IMG/VR virus record: IMGVR_UViG_3300030117_006473
Span: 1 to 38,699 of that record
Origin: a virus
Taxonomy: Duplodnaviria > Caudoviricetes
Length of the DNA stretch: 38,699 bases
Direction: 5' to 3' (one strand)
Shown here: positions 21,213-31,800 of the stretch, piece by piece
Layout of the letters: every line of letters begins with the position of its first letter
Numbering within the stretch: the first letter of the stretch is position 1
The notes under the pieces: model-generated
Databases searched by the model: none
What the model was told of the DNA's origin: nothing
The model's input: the letters and a program-made list of their open reading frames with translations, nothing else
Position numbers and translations under genes: made by a program

Positions 21213-23626
21213 TGCCTCACATTTTCCCGAAACGATTTTTACGTACGAGAGACATTCTCGATACGCATGAAATGAATGAGGACACTCAACCTGTTCAGGA
21301 GTTGTTGAGCGGTAATCTTGATCGACATAACTTTGACGGTAAAAATCTTAAACTTAATTTGAAGCCTGAGCCTACGTCAGGGTTTCCGTCTGTTGCTGAC
21401 GGAGCTTATTACAACATCCACACTTCAAGTATTGAGAGTCAATACAAGTTTCATCGAGACAAGTCAGGTAGTGGTCGAATTCGTAAGCCGCCCAACTTTG
21501 TAAAGCTTGATGGAGTTACTCTTCGGGATGCACCGTATACTCCGATTGACAACGGGAACTTGAAGAGAGAGTGCCCACCATTTGTTGTACCGAACACCGG
21601 TGAGTGGGCAGTGGTTAAGAATGCGGACTTAACTGGACCTCAACAACTAAAATTTACCACTGGACAGTCTAAGATTTGGATTTGTGCGTATGTCCAATAT
21701 GTCTGGCAAGGATTCTACGAGTGGAAGCCACCTTACATCAGTGAAACAAACAACATTGGCGGGTCTGAAGATCTAAAGTTTCCACCCGACGGGAAAAAAT
21801 GGACTGATTTCGGAGGGCCATATCGGTTGCATCTTCTGGATGTCATGAACTTTTTTGGTCCTCAAAAGTCATGGCGAGTTCTTCCGTCAAAGTCGACTAA
21901 AAACAGAGAATCAAATTTAAGAACCTACGACGGGGACACTGAATTTGCTTTTGCTTTGAATGAGATCAGCCCAAAAAACGAAAGGTTCAATCCAAACCTT
22001 GGCGGATACCATCATTTGTCCCAAGGGTTTTACCCTACGTTGATTCAGTTTGCTCTTCGAGTCGACGGAAAGATTGTTGATGAAAGCATCACGGGCAAAC
22101 GATTGTCGTTCGAAGAGTCTGCTCATGGCCTTCAAGCTGCTGAGAGCCCTAATTTGAATAGTGACGAGCCGTTTACGGCTGGTCAAAGAAGTGGCGGAAC
22201 AACATCTGACTTCGAAGATTCAAAACTTGGTAGGTCAGGCCAGAAGCTTTCGTACAGCCGTGCGGTTTCTTGTGGCCCCGAAGTTATGCCTGTTCGGGTT
22301 GGTGCGCTTGTCCCTGTTTCGCCGGGAGAGCACACCGTTGAACTTGTTGTTCGTAGGTTGTCGCGCAAACGATTGAAGTTTCAGGCTGGAGATTTTGTTG
22401 GTGTGTTCTCTCGCAGACTTGTGGCTTTCGACTTGCCTCAAGTAGCGCCTCGACAAGAGGGCAAAACAGAAAGCATAACAGTGCCTAACTTTGAAGTTGA
22501 AGATGTGATTCGAGACGAAAATTTGTCTGATTCGAGAAAGATTTTGGCGGATCGAGCAAACAAGATTGAAGAGTCGGATGTCTTTAGCAGATCAATTCCA
22601 AACACTCATTTACCCAGTAAAGTTTTGAGTCAAGCCACTACGTCTATTGAGCCCCCATTCGAAGTTGAGTTGGGTTCAGGATTTTTCGGCTCAAAAAATA
22701 ATGTGGCTAAGCCAAGGGCGCGGTTTCCGGGATTTGAAAATGGTGCTTTGTTGAACAATGAAGTTTTAAGTGCATCGGATGGTTGGGATACCGGAGGTAG
22801 TTTTGTTGAGGACACTCCGGGCTGGTTTAGGCTTCGGTCTCAGGATCTTCTTGGAGTATCCAAACCTTTGGCAATTGGGACGACTTCGGTCAGTGACACA
22901 TCAGATGTGTCGTTTCTGCTACCGGAAGGCGGTTTGAGTATTGATCCCGGCGAGAAGTTGATTCTGTTTATGGATGTTGAGCTTCGAGGCATAGAACCTT
23001 TGCTGAGACCTGAAGCAGAGGAAATTAAGAAGTATTTTGGGTCCAAACTTGGGACCCTCCAAGTCGGTTTTTATGGATCTTACTTTCAAGCCGAGAGATA
23101 CCTTGATTTGTTTGCATTGTTTTCGATTGGATACAAAGTTGGGGACAATTGGACAATCGCAAGTGAGTCTGTCCCAGCAGTGGTAAACTCATTTAATTGG
23201 ACCAATCGAGGTTTTGGTTTTTGTGCCGTTCGTAACGGTTCTACTTCAGGTAGCATAAGCCCAAGCATTTACGCAGAAGATAAATTTACTAAGCCGGGTT
23301 CAATCCTCAACTCGAAAGGGACGGCCCAAACTGAAATTGATGGTAGAGGTGCGCACACATTGCCAAACAACTTGGGCATCAATGTGCCGATTTTCAAAGT
23401 AATCGAAGCGACAAACGCAACCGGACCAATAAACATTACAGAGATTGCGGGGTTTACTTGTTCTGAGATTCCCTCGTACTGGACGGAAGGCACTAAAGTA
23501 GGACCCACCGCTGACGCCGATCGCAATCAGTGGGTTGTTCCTGAAGCTGAAGGCCGTAAGATTCTTCGAGGTGCGAGGGTTCATTACGGAAACTCAAGAT
23601 TGAGCGTCATCAAAATAGCTAAGTGA
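21212..23626 (+). CDS. Tail-associated structural protein (804 aa, two apparent modules)
   Basis: TAATG coupling to nozzle; fibre-attachment-like N-terminus (EMNED......LSGNLD..N); beta-rich. Confidence 0.65.
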   Translation: MPHIFPKRFLRTRDILDTHEMNEDTQPVQELLSGNLDRHNFDGKNLKLNLKPEPTSGFPSVADGAYYNIHTSSIESQYKFHRDKSGSGRIRKPPNFVKLDGVTLRDAPYTPIDNGNLKRECPPFVVPNTGEWAVVKNADLTGPQQLKFTTGQSKIWICAYVQYVWQGFYEWKPPYISETNNIGGSEDLKFPPDGKKWTDFGGPYRLHLLDVMNFFGPQKSWRVLPSKSTKNRESNLRTYDGDTEFAFALNEISPKNERFNPNLGGYHHLSQGFYPTLIQFALRVDGKIVDESITGKRLSFEESAHGLQAAESPNLNSDEPFTAGQRSGGTTSDFEDSKLGRSGQKLSYSRAVSCGPEVMPVRVGALVPVSPGEHTVELVVRRLSRKRLKFQAGDFVGVFSRRLVAFDLPQVAPRQEGKTESITVPNFEVEDVIRDENLSDSRKILADRANKIEESDVFSRSIPNTHLPSKVLSQATTSIEPPFEVELGSGFFGSKNNVAKPRARFPGFENGALLNNEVLSASDGWDTGGSFVEDTPGWFRLRSQDLLGVSKPLAIGTTSVSDTSDVSFLLPEGGLSIDPGEKLILFMDVELRGIEPLLRPEAEEIKKYFGSKLGTLQVGFYGSYFQAERYLDLFALFSIGYKVGDNWTIASESVPAVVNSFNWTNRGFGFCAVRNGSTSGSISPSIYAEDKFTKPGSILNSKGTAQTEIDGRGAHTLPNNLGINVPIFKVIEATNATGPINITEIAGFTCSEIPSYWTEGTKVGPTADADRNQWVVPEAEGRKILRGARVHYGNSRLSVIKIAK

Positions 23627-23633
23627 GGTTGTA

Positions 23634-24548
23634 GTGCCTAAAATTGTATTGCCTCCAATACCTACGGAAGGCCAACCATTGCTCAGGTCAACTGAGATTA
23701 GTGATGTAAATGACCCCGTTGTTGCCTCAATCTATTCAAGCGAGCTTGGGTCTGACAAAGGTTTGATGTCAAACGCTAATGGGCTTTTGACAACTCAAAA
23801 TCTGTCTAAAGATTTTCTGTTGCGTGCGGAGCATATTCAGCATGAGCAAGCCATGCTTAGTCGAACCGACTCGATGCTGGACACATCAACCATTTACGGA
23901 ACGGGTATCGCAAACAACACATTAAATTCTGAAAACGATACGTTTTCCGAAGAGCGGTTTGTCAATGTTCCGGGATGTACTCTTCGTTGGTATCAACCGT
24001 ACGCAACGTCCGTGTCGATTCTTCAGTGGTCATTCTTTTTTAGTTACAACAACTGGAGAGGTGTGTACCGAGACGGTTCTGGTCGTGAGTACTATGAAGG
24101 CGTCAATAGCACCATGAAGTTTCGATGCGTTGTTAACGGTGACGTTGTTCCTGCGAGTGAAAGAGTCCTCGGACAAAACATGTTTCACCCTGTGTCTCCT
24201 GCAGCTTCAGATAAAAGCACCGCAGTTGGTCCGGGCATTTCTTTATACCCTGAAGAGGATGATGGTGGAGACGGCAAAAGCACTCCCGATCGAGGAGGTA
24301 ACCCTCGGTATGTCCAGACCGAGGCGCACAGTGCTCATCATGTTGACATGCATCACGTAGCGGCACTGACTAAAGGGTTCAATGAAATATCGATTCAATG
24401 TGCGGCTCTTTTGCCTCAAGGAGAGGCCGTCTATCTTCAGAACGTCGGCGCATTTCGCAGAGGTAAATTTAAGATGGCGGGCTACTTCAACCTTGTGGGT
24501 AAGTTGAGTTTTGGTATTCGGAACACGAGAGTACTGAACTTCCTTTAA
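23634..24548 (+). CDS. Tail-associated structural protein (304 aa)
   Basis: GAGG SD with GTG start; NG.L...NL motif then beta-sandwich-like region. Confidence 0.65.
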   Translation: MPKIVLPPIPTEGQPLLRSTEISDVNDPVVASIYSSELGSDKGLMSNANGLLTTQNLSKDFLLRAEHIQHEQAMLSRTDSMLDTSTIYGTGIANNTLNSENDTFSEERFVNVPGCTLRWYQPYATSVSILQWSFFFSYNNWRGVYRDGSGREYYEGVNSTMKFRCVVNGDVVPASERVLGQNMFHPVSPAASDKSTAVGPGISLYPEEDDGGDGKSTPDRGGNPRYVQTEAHSAHHVDMHHVAALTKGFNEISIQCAALLPQGEAVYLQNVGAFRRGKFKMAGYFNLVGKLSFGIRNTRVLNFL

Positions 24549-24576
24549 ATTCGTTATACTTGACGCGGAGATAAAC

Positions 24577-25239
24577 ATGGCAGTAGCAACTACAGCATTA
24601 GCCGTTGGTCTGGCGGCTAAAGGGATCGATGCAATCGCGAAAGGGATTGCAAATAGGCGCGCTCGTAAGAGGTCTCAAGAGGCCGCAGCCGCACTAGACC
24701 AAAACATCTCAGACGCTTTTGCCGACAAGAGTTTGGGTCTAACTGCTGCTCAGATGAATGAATTGAATCTTCAAAACCAGATGGCTGGTATCAGCGCATT
24801 CAAGACTCAACGAGAAAATCTTAAGCGTCAAAAAGCTGCGGGTACCATATCGACGGCTGACTACAATCAGCAGATTGCAGCACTCAACAAGGCTGTTCAG
24901 GATAGCACTGCTGCTGGGCGCAAAGACGTTCAGACTCTTGCAGGCGATTTGAGGACACAACGTCAAGAAGGTTTGGCGGCTGCGGCTGAAGGTCAGTATG
25001 GTCGAGACCTTCAGGATATTCAGATGCAACTTGGAGCAAGAAAAGAGCTATCTGCCGGTCTTTCAGATGCTGCGAGTTTTGGTGCTAAAGGTGCGTTGAC
25101 TCAAGCACTCGGACAACAAAAGTTTGAGCGCCAAAAAGAGCTTTTGAAAATGCGCCAAAAGGGTGTCAGTGGTGCTGGTGTTGGTGTGGGCTCAACCAAG
25201 GCTAAGGAAACATTCGGGTCGCCCAATAAACCAAAGTAA
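24577..25239 (+). CDS. Putative DNA ejection/pilot protein (220 aa)
   Basis: GGAG SD; hydrophobic Ala/Gly N-terminus then Gln/Ala coiled coil; first gene of the internal-protein block. Confidence 0.65.
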   Translation: MAVATTALAVGLAAKGIDAIAKGIANRRARKRSQEAAAALDQNISDAFADKSLGLTAAQMNELNLQNQMAGISAFKTQRENLKRQKAAGTISTADYNQQIAALNKAVQDSTAAGRKDVQTLAGDLRTQRQEGLAAAAEGQYGRDLQDIQMQLGARKELSAGLSDAASFGAKGALTQALGQQKFERQKELLKMRQKGVSGAGVGVGSTKAKETFGSPNKPK

Positions 25240-25258
25240 GACGTATAAGAGGTAAGTC

Positions 25259-27790
25259 ATGGCTGATTCGTGGGACGGATTGTTAAGCATCATTGCAGAA
25301 AGCTCAAACATTGACGCAAAGTCTTTGGACTCTAGCGATGTGATGTCGTATCTGGAGCGCGAAAAGCTGATTCGTGGGTATCGTCGGGACAAACAAATTG
25401 TTCTCCGAGACATTGCAAAATTGCAAACCACTTCAAACTTCAAGATATTCAAAGCGCGGCAGGACTTTGAAAAAGACAAGAGGCGGATGTTGGGGACATT
25501 TGCCGGTCTGAGCCAACGCAACTACTCGACCAACGTTGCAAAGCTCACGAAAGAGCTTGATAACGCTGAGAAGAGTTTCGAAAAAGGTCAGAAGCTGGCA
25601 GAGTTTGGAGATCAACGGTTTCTCAACAAGCTCGCTTCAGAAAGGTCTCGAATCAGTGCTGACTTACCTCCGTCGAGAATCACAAGCTTGCTTACCGCGC
25701 CAATCGGTGCGGGCGAGCAACCGTTTAATGATCGGACGAGTGCGAACTTTCCGGCGACGTTCAGAGACTATGCAAGAGCGATGAACGAGACAGGGTTTAC
25801 GTATTTTAACATCAACCCCGACACGCTTGAAATTGAGCCAAACATAGAAGCCTTGAGGAATTCTGCAAACTTAGACTCCAATCAACTGGCTCAGATTGCT
25901 ACTTTTACCGACGATTACAATCGATTCAATAAGGAACAGCAAGACGGAATCCGAGACGCGCGCAAAGTAATTCAAGACAGTAGAAGTGCGCTTGAGAAGT
26001 TGGGTGACAACCCTACGGATAAACAGATTCAAGACGCAAGGGCACAAGTTGAACGAAACTTTGGTCCGCTTAGCTCCTTTTTGGACGTTAACATTGCAAC
26101 CATTGAAGAAGCGACGGATAAACTGGCAGACACCGACCAGCTTCAAACAGAGGCTGAGCAAATCGAATCCAAAATTCGTAGTCTCGAAGGCACTCCTGAA
26201 GGAACACAAGCGATCAATGATATTGCTTTTGCGGTTGCGGATGATCGATTCAGGCAATGGGCCGCAGATCACGGCTATGACAATTTGACTAATTTAGCCG
26301 TCGGAGAAGATGGTCAGTTTGATTTGGCTGGCTACATTCCGGGAGGAGACGACACTGTTGCGTATCAAGCGTTCTTCAAGCAGAGGGAACGCGGGCCGAG
26401 AAAGTACGGCTACCGGAGCGTCTTCTCAGGAGAGATCATCACTGTTAAGTTGAAGAATGGCAACCGCGTGTCCGGTGAGCGGATGAACTATCATGCAGCG
26501 GATCCTCCGGGGACTCTGCGTATGGTGGACGAAGAGGGCAAGATTTTGATGATCCCGTCTCGCGAACTGGAGCAGGTGACCATCCTTGACCGCGACGAAG
26601 AGAAGCTCGACAAGTTGGCGAAGTTGGGGCTTCGCAGGGCTCGGCGCCGGAGAGAGGACTACACTGAGGCGACGCTTGGCGCGATGACTGGTGACCCAGA
26701 AGAATTGGTTGGTGCCGCGTTTACGAAAGATGGGAAGTACGTCGTTGATTCAGAAGGCAACTACATCAAGCAAGAAGAGTTTGATCGTCTTGCGGACGTG
26801 CAGGTGCGGGATCAAAGCGTTGGAGTTCACGTCATCATGGACGAGAACGGTGACCCGCAACAGTACTTCTTTAATGACGAGTCTACAGGCAAGTTCTACG
26901 AATACACTCCAAACGGTCTGGTGCTTTTGGATCCCGACAAAAATGCAGAAAAGATAGCAATCGCACAATCAAAGCCCGTTCGTCGAGTGGGGGTTGCTGG
27001 AGAAGGTGGCTCTTTATCAGCGTTGTCGAGAGAAGACTTTGAGTCGATGCTCAAGGGTGAGTTCGACAAAGACTTGGACATTGAGAACTTTCCCAAAGAG
27101 AAGCGGTTCGAAGAGGGTGACGACACGAAGATGAACGATGCGTATCAAGCGCGTCGTGACGCGATCACGCCAGAGGACCTCGGCTTTAAGTCTACAGAGG
27201 ATCGACCAGATCCGTTTGGAGGCATGCAAGTCAAGGGCCGCAAGGTCATTGGGGGCGTGACATTCGCAGACATCGATCCAGATGGGCAAGAGGCTGAGTT
27301 GCCTGAGCAACTGCCTGAAGATCCGACTGAAGCAGAAGAAGCCAAGCTTGACGCCGAACGTAAAGCGAAGGCAAGTTTGGGTTCGACCATCAAAGAAGAA
27401 GAAGATATAAAGCCTGACGAAGATGAGAGCCAGTTTGAGCAGGCGTTCGAAGGGGTCACAGGGCAGACGACTCAAGTAGCTGACAAAGCAGCAGAGGAAG
27501 CAGCCAAAGCACAAAAGCCCAAAGCACCAGCCACACCTACTACTCCTCCTCCACCAGTGGAGGTGGGTGTAGATGTTGCTCCGGGCGGAACACCTCCTAT
27601 TGGAAGCGCCCCTCCTGTAGCGGCATCAGCTACCGACCCTAAAAAACAGAAACAGGCACTTCGACGTGACGGTCTTCGTGGCGCGCTCGGGAAAATCGGA
27701 GTCATGTTCAAGAAAAAACAAGATGACGTTGTTGACGAGGCTGGCCCACCAGCATCACCGTTTGCCCCTACTGAAAACATCGTTCCGTGA
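25259..27790 (+). CDS. Putative internal virion/ejection protein (843 aa)
   Basis: GAGGT SD; helical N-terminus, acidic/Pro-rich tail; position in the operon. Confidence 0.65.
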   Translation: MADSWDGLLSIIAESSNIDAKSLDSSDVMSYLEREKLIRGYRRDKQIVLRDIAKLQTTSNFKIFKARQDFEKDKRRMLGTFAGLSQRNYSTNVAKLTKELDNAEKSFEKGQKLAEFGDQRFLNKLASERSRISADLPPSRITSLLTAPIGAGEQPFNDRTSANFPATFRDYARAMNETGFTYFNINPDTLEIEPNIEALRNSANLDSNQLAQIATFTDDYNRFNKEQQDGIRDARKVIQDSRSALEKLGDNPTDKQIQDARAQVERNFGPLSSFLDVNIATIEEATDKLADTDQLQTEAEQIESKIRSLEGTPEGTQAINDIAFAVADDRFRQWAADHGYDNLTNLAVGEDGQFDLAGYIPGGDDTVAYQAFFKQRERGPRKYGYRSVFSGEIITVKLKNGNRVSGERMNYHAADPPGTLRMVDEEGKILMIPSRELEQVTILDRDEEKLDKLAKLGLRRARRRREDYTEATLGAMTGDPEELVGAAFTKDGKYVVDSEGNYIKQEEFDRLADVQVRDQSVGVHVIMDENGDPQQYFFNDESTGKFYEYTPNGLVLLDPDKNAEKIAIAQSKPVRRVGVAGEGGSLSALSREDFESMLKGEFDKDLDIENFPKEKRFEEGDDTKMNDAYQARRDAITPEDLGFKSTEDRPDPFGGMQVKGRKVIGGVTFADIDPDGQEAELPEQLPEDPTEAEEAKLDAERKAKASLGSTIKEEEDIKPDEDESQFEQAFEGVTGQTTQVADKAAEEAAKAQKPKAPATPTTPPPPVEVGVDVAPGGTPPIGSAPPVAASATDPKKQKQALRRDGLRGALGKIGVMFKKKQDDVVDEAGPPASPFAPTENIVP

Positions 27791-27799
27791 GGCACCACA

Positions 27800-28831
27800 A
27801 TGCTGAAACTCTCCTTCAAAGCCACACGACAAGCCACCTCTGCCGCTGACGCTGCAGGCTCCGGCTCCACTACTCCCGACCCCGCTACTCCCGACCCCGC
27901 TACTCCCGGCTCTGCTCCTTCCGCTGCCGATGACACTGGTTCCGCCGAGGACACAGGTGTTCGAGACACGGCAGATATTGAGTTTGATGAAGCAGTTAAG
28001 TCTGCAACAGGGCCTAAAGGACGATTTGAAGCTCTCCGCAAAGCTAGAGGTGCCAAGCGTTTAGGAGCGAAAGATCTAGTTCAATTAGGTGTTTCCGCTG
28101 ACTATCTGACAGGCGACGTGCTGCGGGGCGCCGCCGCTCTGAGAGACATTGACTCTGATGATATTGGGCGTGGGATCACGAGTCTGGAGATTCAGGACAG
28201 TGGCGACGCGAAAGTGAAGCGAGGATTTACTTTTGCGGGTGCAGGTTTAGACGCTCTTAAAATTGATGAAGGTCTTAGGAATATCCAACGTAAAATTGAT
28301 GCTGCTGAAGACGCTGAAGACACTCAAGCTAGAGAAAATGAATCTGTAATCGAAGGCAAGAAAAATCGATTACTAAAATTAGATTATCTACTTAGGCAGT
28401 CTGGTTCAGCCCTTAAAAAAGACCCGAAGACTAAGATGTACTCTTTCGTACCGGGTAAGCAAAATTTAGGGCCGAAATTTACAGAAGACGAAGAACGAAT
28501 TGTTCGGGCAATCATACAAAACGAAAAGAAAGCTCTTGCAGGGTCGGGCATTGTTGCGCCGACAAGAACAGACTTCTTTGGCAGAGAAATCAGCGAAAAC
28601 CCTATGGCTTCATTGGTTCGACTGTACAATAAACTTCAAACGGAAATAAATCGAAGAGAAAAATCCGTTGCTGCCTTTCAAGAAAAACAAAAACAACTTG
28701 GAGCGGCTCAATCTAGATTCAGGTCTCAGTTAAAATCTCTTGTTACAAACATGACTCCCGAAGAAAAAAAGGCTTACAAAGAAGCAATTAAAAAAAGAGA
28801 CGCCGAAAAAAACAAGGAATCAAGTAAGTAA
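27800..28831 (+). CDS. Putative internal virion protein (343 aa)
   Basis: GAGG SD; low-complexity N-terminus, basic coiled-coil C-terminus; TAATG coupling to the giant gene. Confidence 0.65.
   Translation: MLKLSFKATRQATSAADAAGSGSTTPDPATPDPATPGSAPSAADDTGSAEDTGVRDTADIEFDEAVKSATGPKGRFEALRKARGAKRLGAKDLVQLGVSADYLTGDVLRGAAALRDIDSDDIGRGITSLEIQDSGDAKVKRGFTFAGAGLDALKIDEGLRNIQRKIDAAEDAEDTQARENESVIEGKKNRLLKLDYLLRQSGSALKKDPKTKMYSFVPGKQNLGPKFTEDEERIVRAIIQNEKKALAGSGIVAPTRTDFFGREISENPMASLVRLYNKLQTEINRREKSVAAFQEKQKQLGAAQSRFRSQLKSLVTNMTPEEKKAYKEAIKKRDAEKNKESSK
27871..27915 (+). repeat. 15-bp tandem repeat TACTCCCGACCCCGC (2 exact copies plus 1 degenerate), encoding TPDPA
   Basis: Read directly from the sequence. 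Confidence 0.9.
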
Positions 28832-31800
28832 TGTCGGAGCAAACTGAACAGACTAAAGACTCGCCAGAGGTAGAGTCAACGTTTAATTTTGAAGATGAAG
28901 ATTTAAACTTTGGTAGTCAGGATCTTCAAATCGATAAGCTTGTTGGTACCATTAAACTAAAGCGTGAAATTGCTTTGGATCCCGACGCTGATACCGATGA
29001 GGACATAGTATCTCTACCGAGTATAATTTCACGCCACAGTAAAAAATTAGGTCTTTCCGACGATCAGTTCGTTGAAGTTGCGGCAGCGCAAGGTTTAGAT
29101 CTTGGTGAGTTGGTTGACCGTGTAGGTCGTAAGGGTGAAGACTCGGACAAGGTTCTTGCTTCGTTGGAGCAAGGAGGGATGGTGGCCCGTTTGGGGCTGG
29201 ACAAGAGGCAGGCAGGAGTCAAGCTTAATGCCGTCAAAAAACGTGGCGTTGACATCCGAAAGAAAGCGGTGAATCGACTGTTGAAGGGCGAGAAGCGACT
29301 TGATGTGTCCGACGAAGAGGCTCAACAAACAGATCCGCTCGAAGGCTTAGTGTTCAGTCAAATCAAAGATCCTACGAAACGCCAAACAGCCGTTGCTGCG
29401 ATTACGTACAAGAAGTTTCTGGATGCTGGACTGTCAGAGAAACAAGCCCGTGCTGTGCTCGCAAACGGGTTTGCTGAAAGCAAGCTCGACTTTAACGCTC
29501 AGCGGGTCAATGACGATGAAGAGTCCTACGGTGTGTGGCAGTTCAATCGAAAGGTTGGAGAGGGTAAGGGATACTCCGTAGAGCAGTTGAAAGACCCCAA
29601 GGTCCAGTTGGACCACATCATCAAGGCGATCAAAGAGCGTCCCGAACTTGAAGGTTTTCGAGACAAAGATGCGGATGAGAATAAACTTGTTCGAGAGTTC
29701 ATGGTCAACTTTGAGCGGCCCAAGGATCAGTCAGAAGAAAAGATTCGTGAGCGTCAGAAGTTTCTGACAGCGGCCAAGCGTGTCTATGATCAGAGTAAAA
29801 CGATTTACGGCGAGAAAAATCGAGTATCTGCTGCGGAAAGAAAGAAGCAACTGGAACTGGCCCGTAAACTTGCGTTCAAAGAAAGTGATGTGCCCAAAGT
29901 TGTTGTTGATGAGGACTTTGAGACTGGCAACGCTATGGATGCCGTCCTCAAAGAGGGCTCAGAAGGGTTCGACAAAGCACTGGCAATGCGAGAGCAGTTG
30001 ACGAATCCTGACGCTGTTACCGATCCTGACCAAAAAGACCGCGCTCGATTCATTCGCAAATTGATTGCTGACATAGAAACCAAGTCGTCTGAGATTCAAC
30101 ATCAAATGTCTGAGTCTGATGGCGTCAAAAGGCTGGTGGATCAAGGTGCTCAGTATGACATTGAACGATTAGCCAAACGACGGGGCCAGACGGTATCTGA
30201 ATTTGTTGAGGCTTCAAAGAAAGAAGGTTCACCAGAAAGCATTCTCAAAAAAGAAATCTTCAAGCGGAATCTCAAACATGCTGCTCTGTACGTAACTACA
30301 GGCAAACTCGGTACCGGGGCCTTTTTGGACTACTCGTTTATCGATCCCGAGGGGGCGCTTGGTCTTGAGCGTGCATCAAAGGATGATCCGTTCTTTACGC
30401 GGTTTGGGGATGCCCTGTTGTCTCAACGAGTTCAGTTGATTGGTCTGGGTAAGGATGGAAGCACCCCAGTGTATCGGGCCGAGTCCGGTTTGGACATGAC
30501 GTTCAACCTTATGGATTCGTTTTTGGCGATTGGAGCCGGTGTCACGGAGCGAATCTCAAAAGGTCCTGAAGACGAGACTCTCTTCGAGGCTGTAAAAGAG
30601 GGAACGATTGAAGGCTTGAACGATCGTCGAACCTTTATGAAGGCGCTTTTGTCTACTGAAGGAGCCAAAAACAGCGACCTCAAAGCTGCGGCGTACGGAA
30701 CGTTTGGTCTGGTCATTGATATTCTGATGCCCGACCCTACGCTAGGTTTAGCCAAAGCTGTAGATACGTCCCGTAATTTAGCCAAGTCAATGGTTGCGAA
30801 ACGTATGCTCAAGGGCACACTACCCACAGTGTTGCCGAAGATGGAGGATGCAGCCCTTCAACTTACCGAGGCACAAACTTTGATGGTTCGCGCCGAAGAC
30901 TCGTTCCGTGCGGGACAAGATCAAGAAGCCATGGATCTTCTGACTCAAGCCCAAGAGTCTTTGGCGAAGGCAGATAAATCAGAAGCAGACATTCGTGGTT
31001 TGATTTCACAGCAAATGAGAAACGTTGACATTGTCGATGGTCGAATTGGTGAGCGGCTTTCCAAAGATGTGAAGACCATGTCTCCGTCAGGAGTTTCTGA
31101 TGAGTTTGATGACGCACTTAGCTTCAGTGAATTCGGTACTCGCCGAGACTACCTCCATCCTTCGTATCAACGACTTGAGTTTCGTGCCGGTGACGAAGCA
31201 TTGTCTGAGTCTCAACTTGCTTCGTACGACGAGATTCTAGGAACTCGGAACAGGGTTGAGCGTCTGAAGCAGGCGATCAACAAGTTTAATACGAGCACAG
31301 ATCAAGAACTTTTGGAGGCCGCAAAGTTAAGGAATCCAATTAAAGCTCAACTGAAAGAGTTGCGTGAAGGGATTAGTAAGGCAATCAGTAAAGATTTAGG
31401 CGCGACTAAAAACGTGGATGACGTATTGGGTGCGCAAGCTTCACTGCTCACGTATCTGTCAAAGCCCGCCACCGCGAAAGCATTGCTTGACGCGCCTCAG
31501 TCTGTGTCCGACGAAATTGGAAAGATACTCGCTCGGTTTGAGTTGAGCGACGAAGCCCTGAAACGAGCAAACAATTTTGTGGCTAAGAAAGTCGACAAAG
31601 TGGCAAAAGATGCTCAGCAAGCCGCACCTCGATTGAAAGTCAAGCTACCGCCAAGAGCCAAGATTCGGGAGGCACTGGCTGACTCGATTCGAAGCATTTC
31701 GGCTTCATTGGAGACCAGATCTGCGGCTCATGCGATTCAACGTAGCGATGTTGCAAAGCTTGAGAAGATTGAGATTGAGCCCATCATAACCAGCGTTGCA

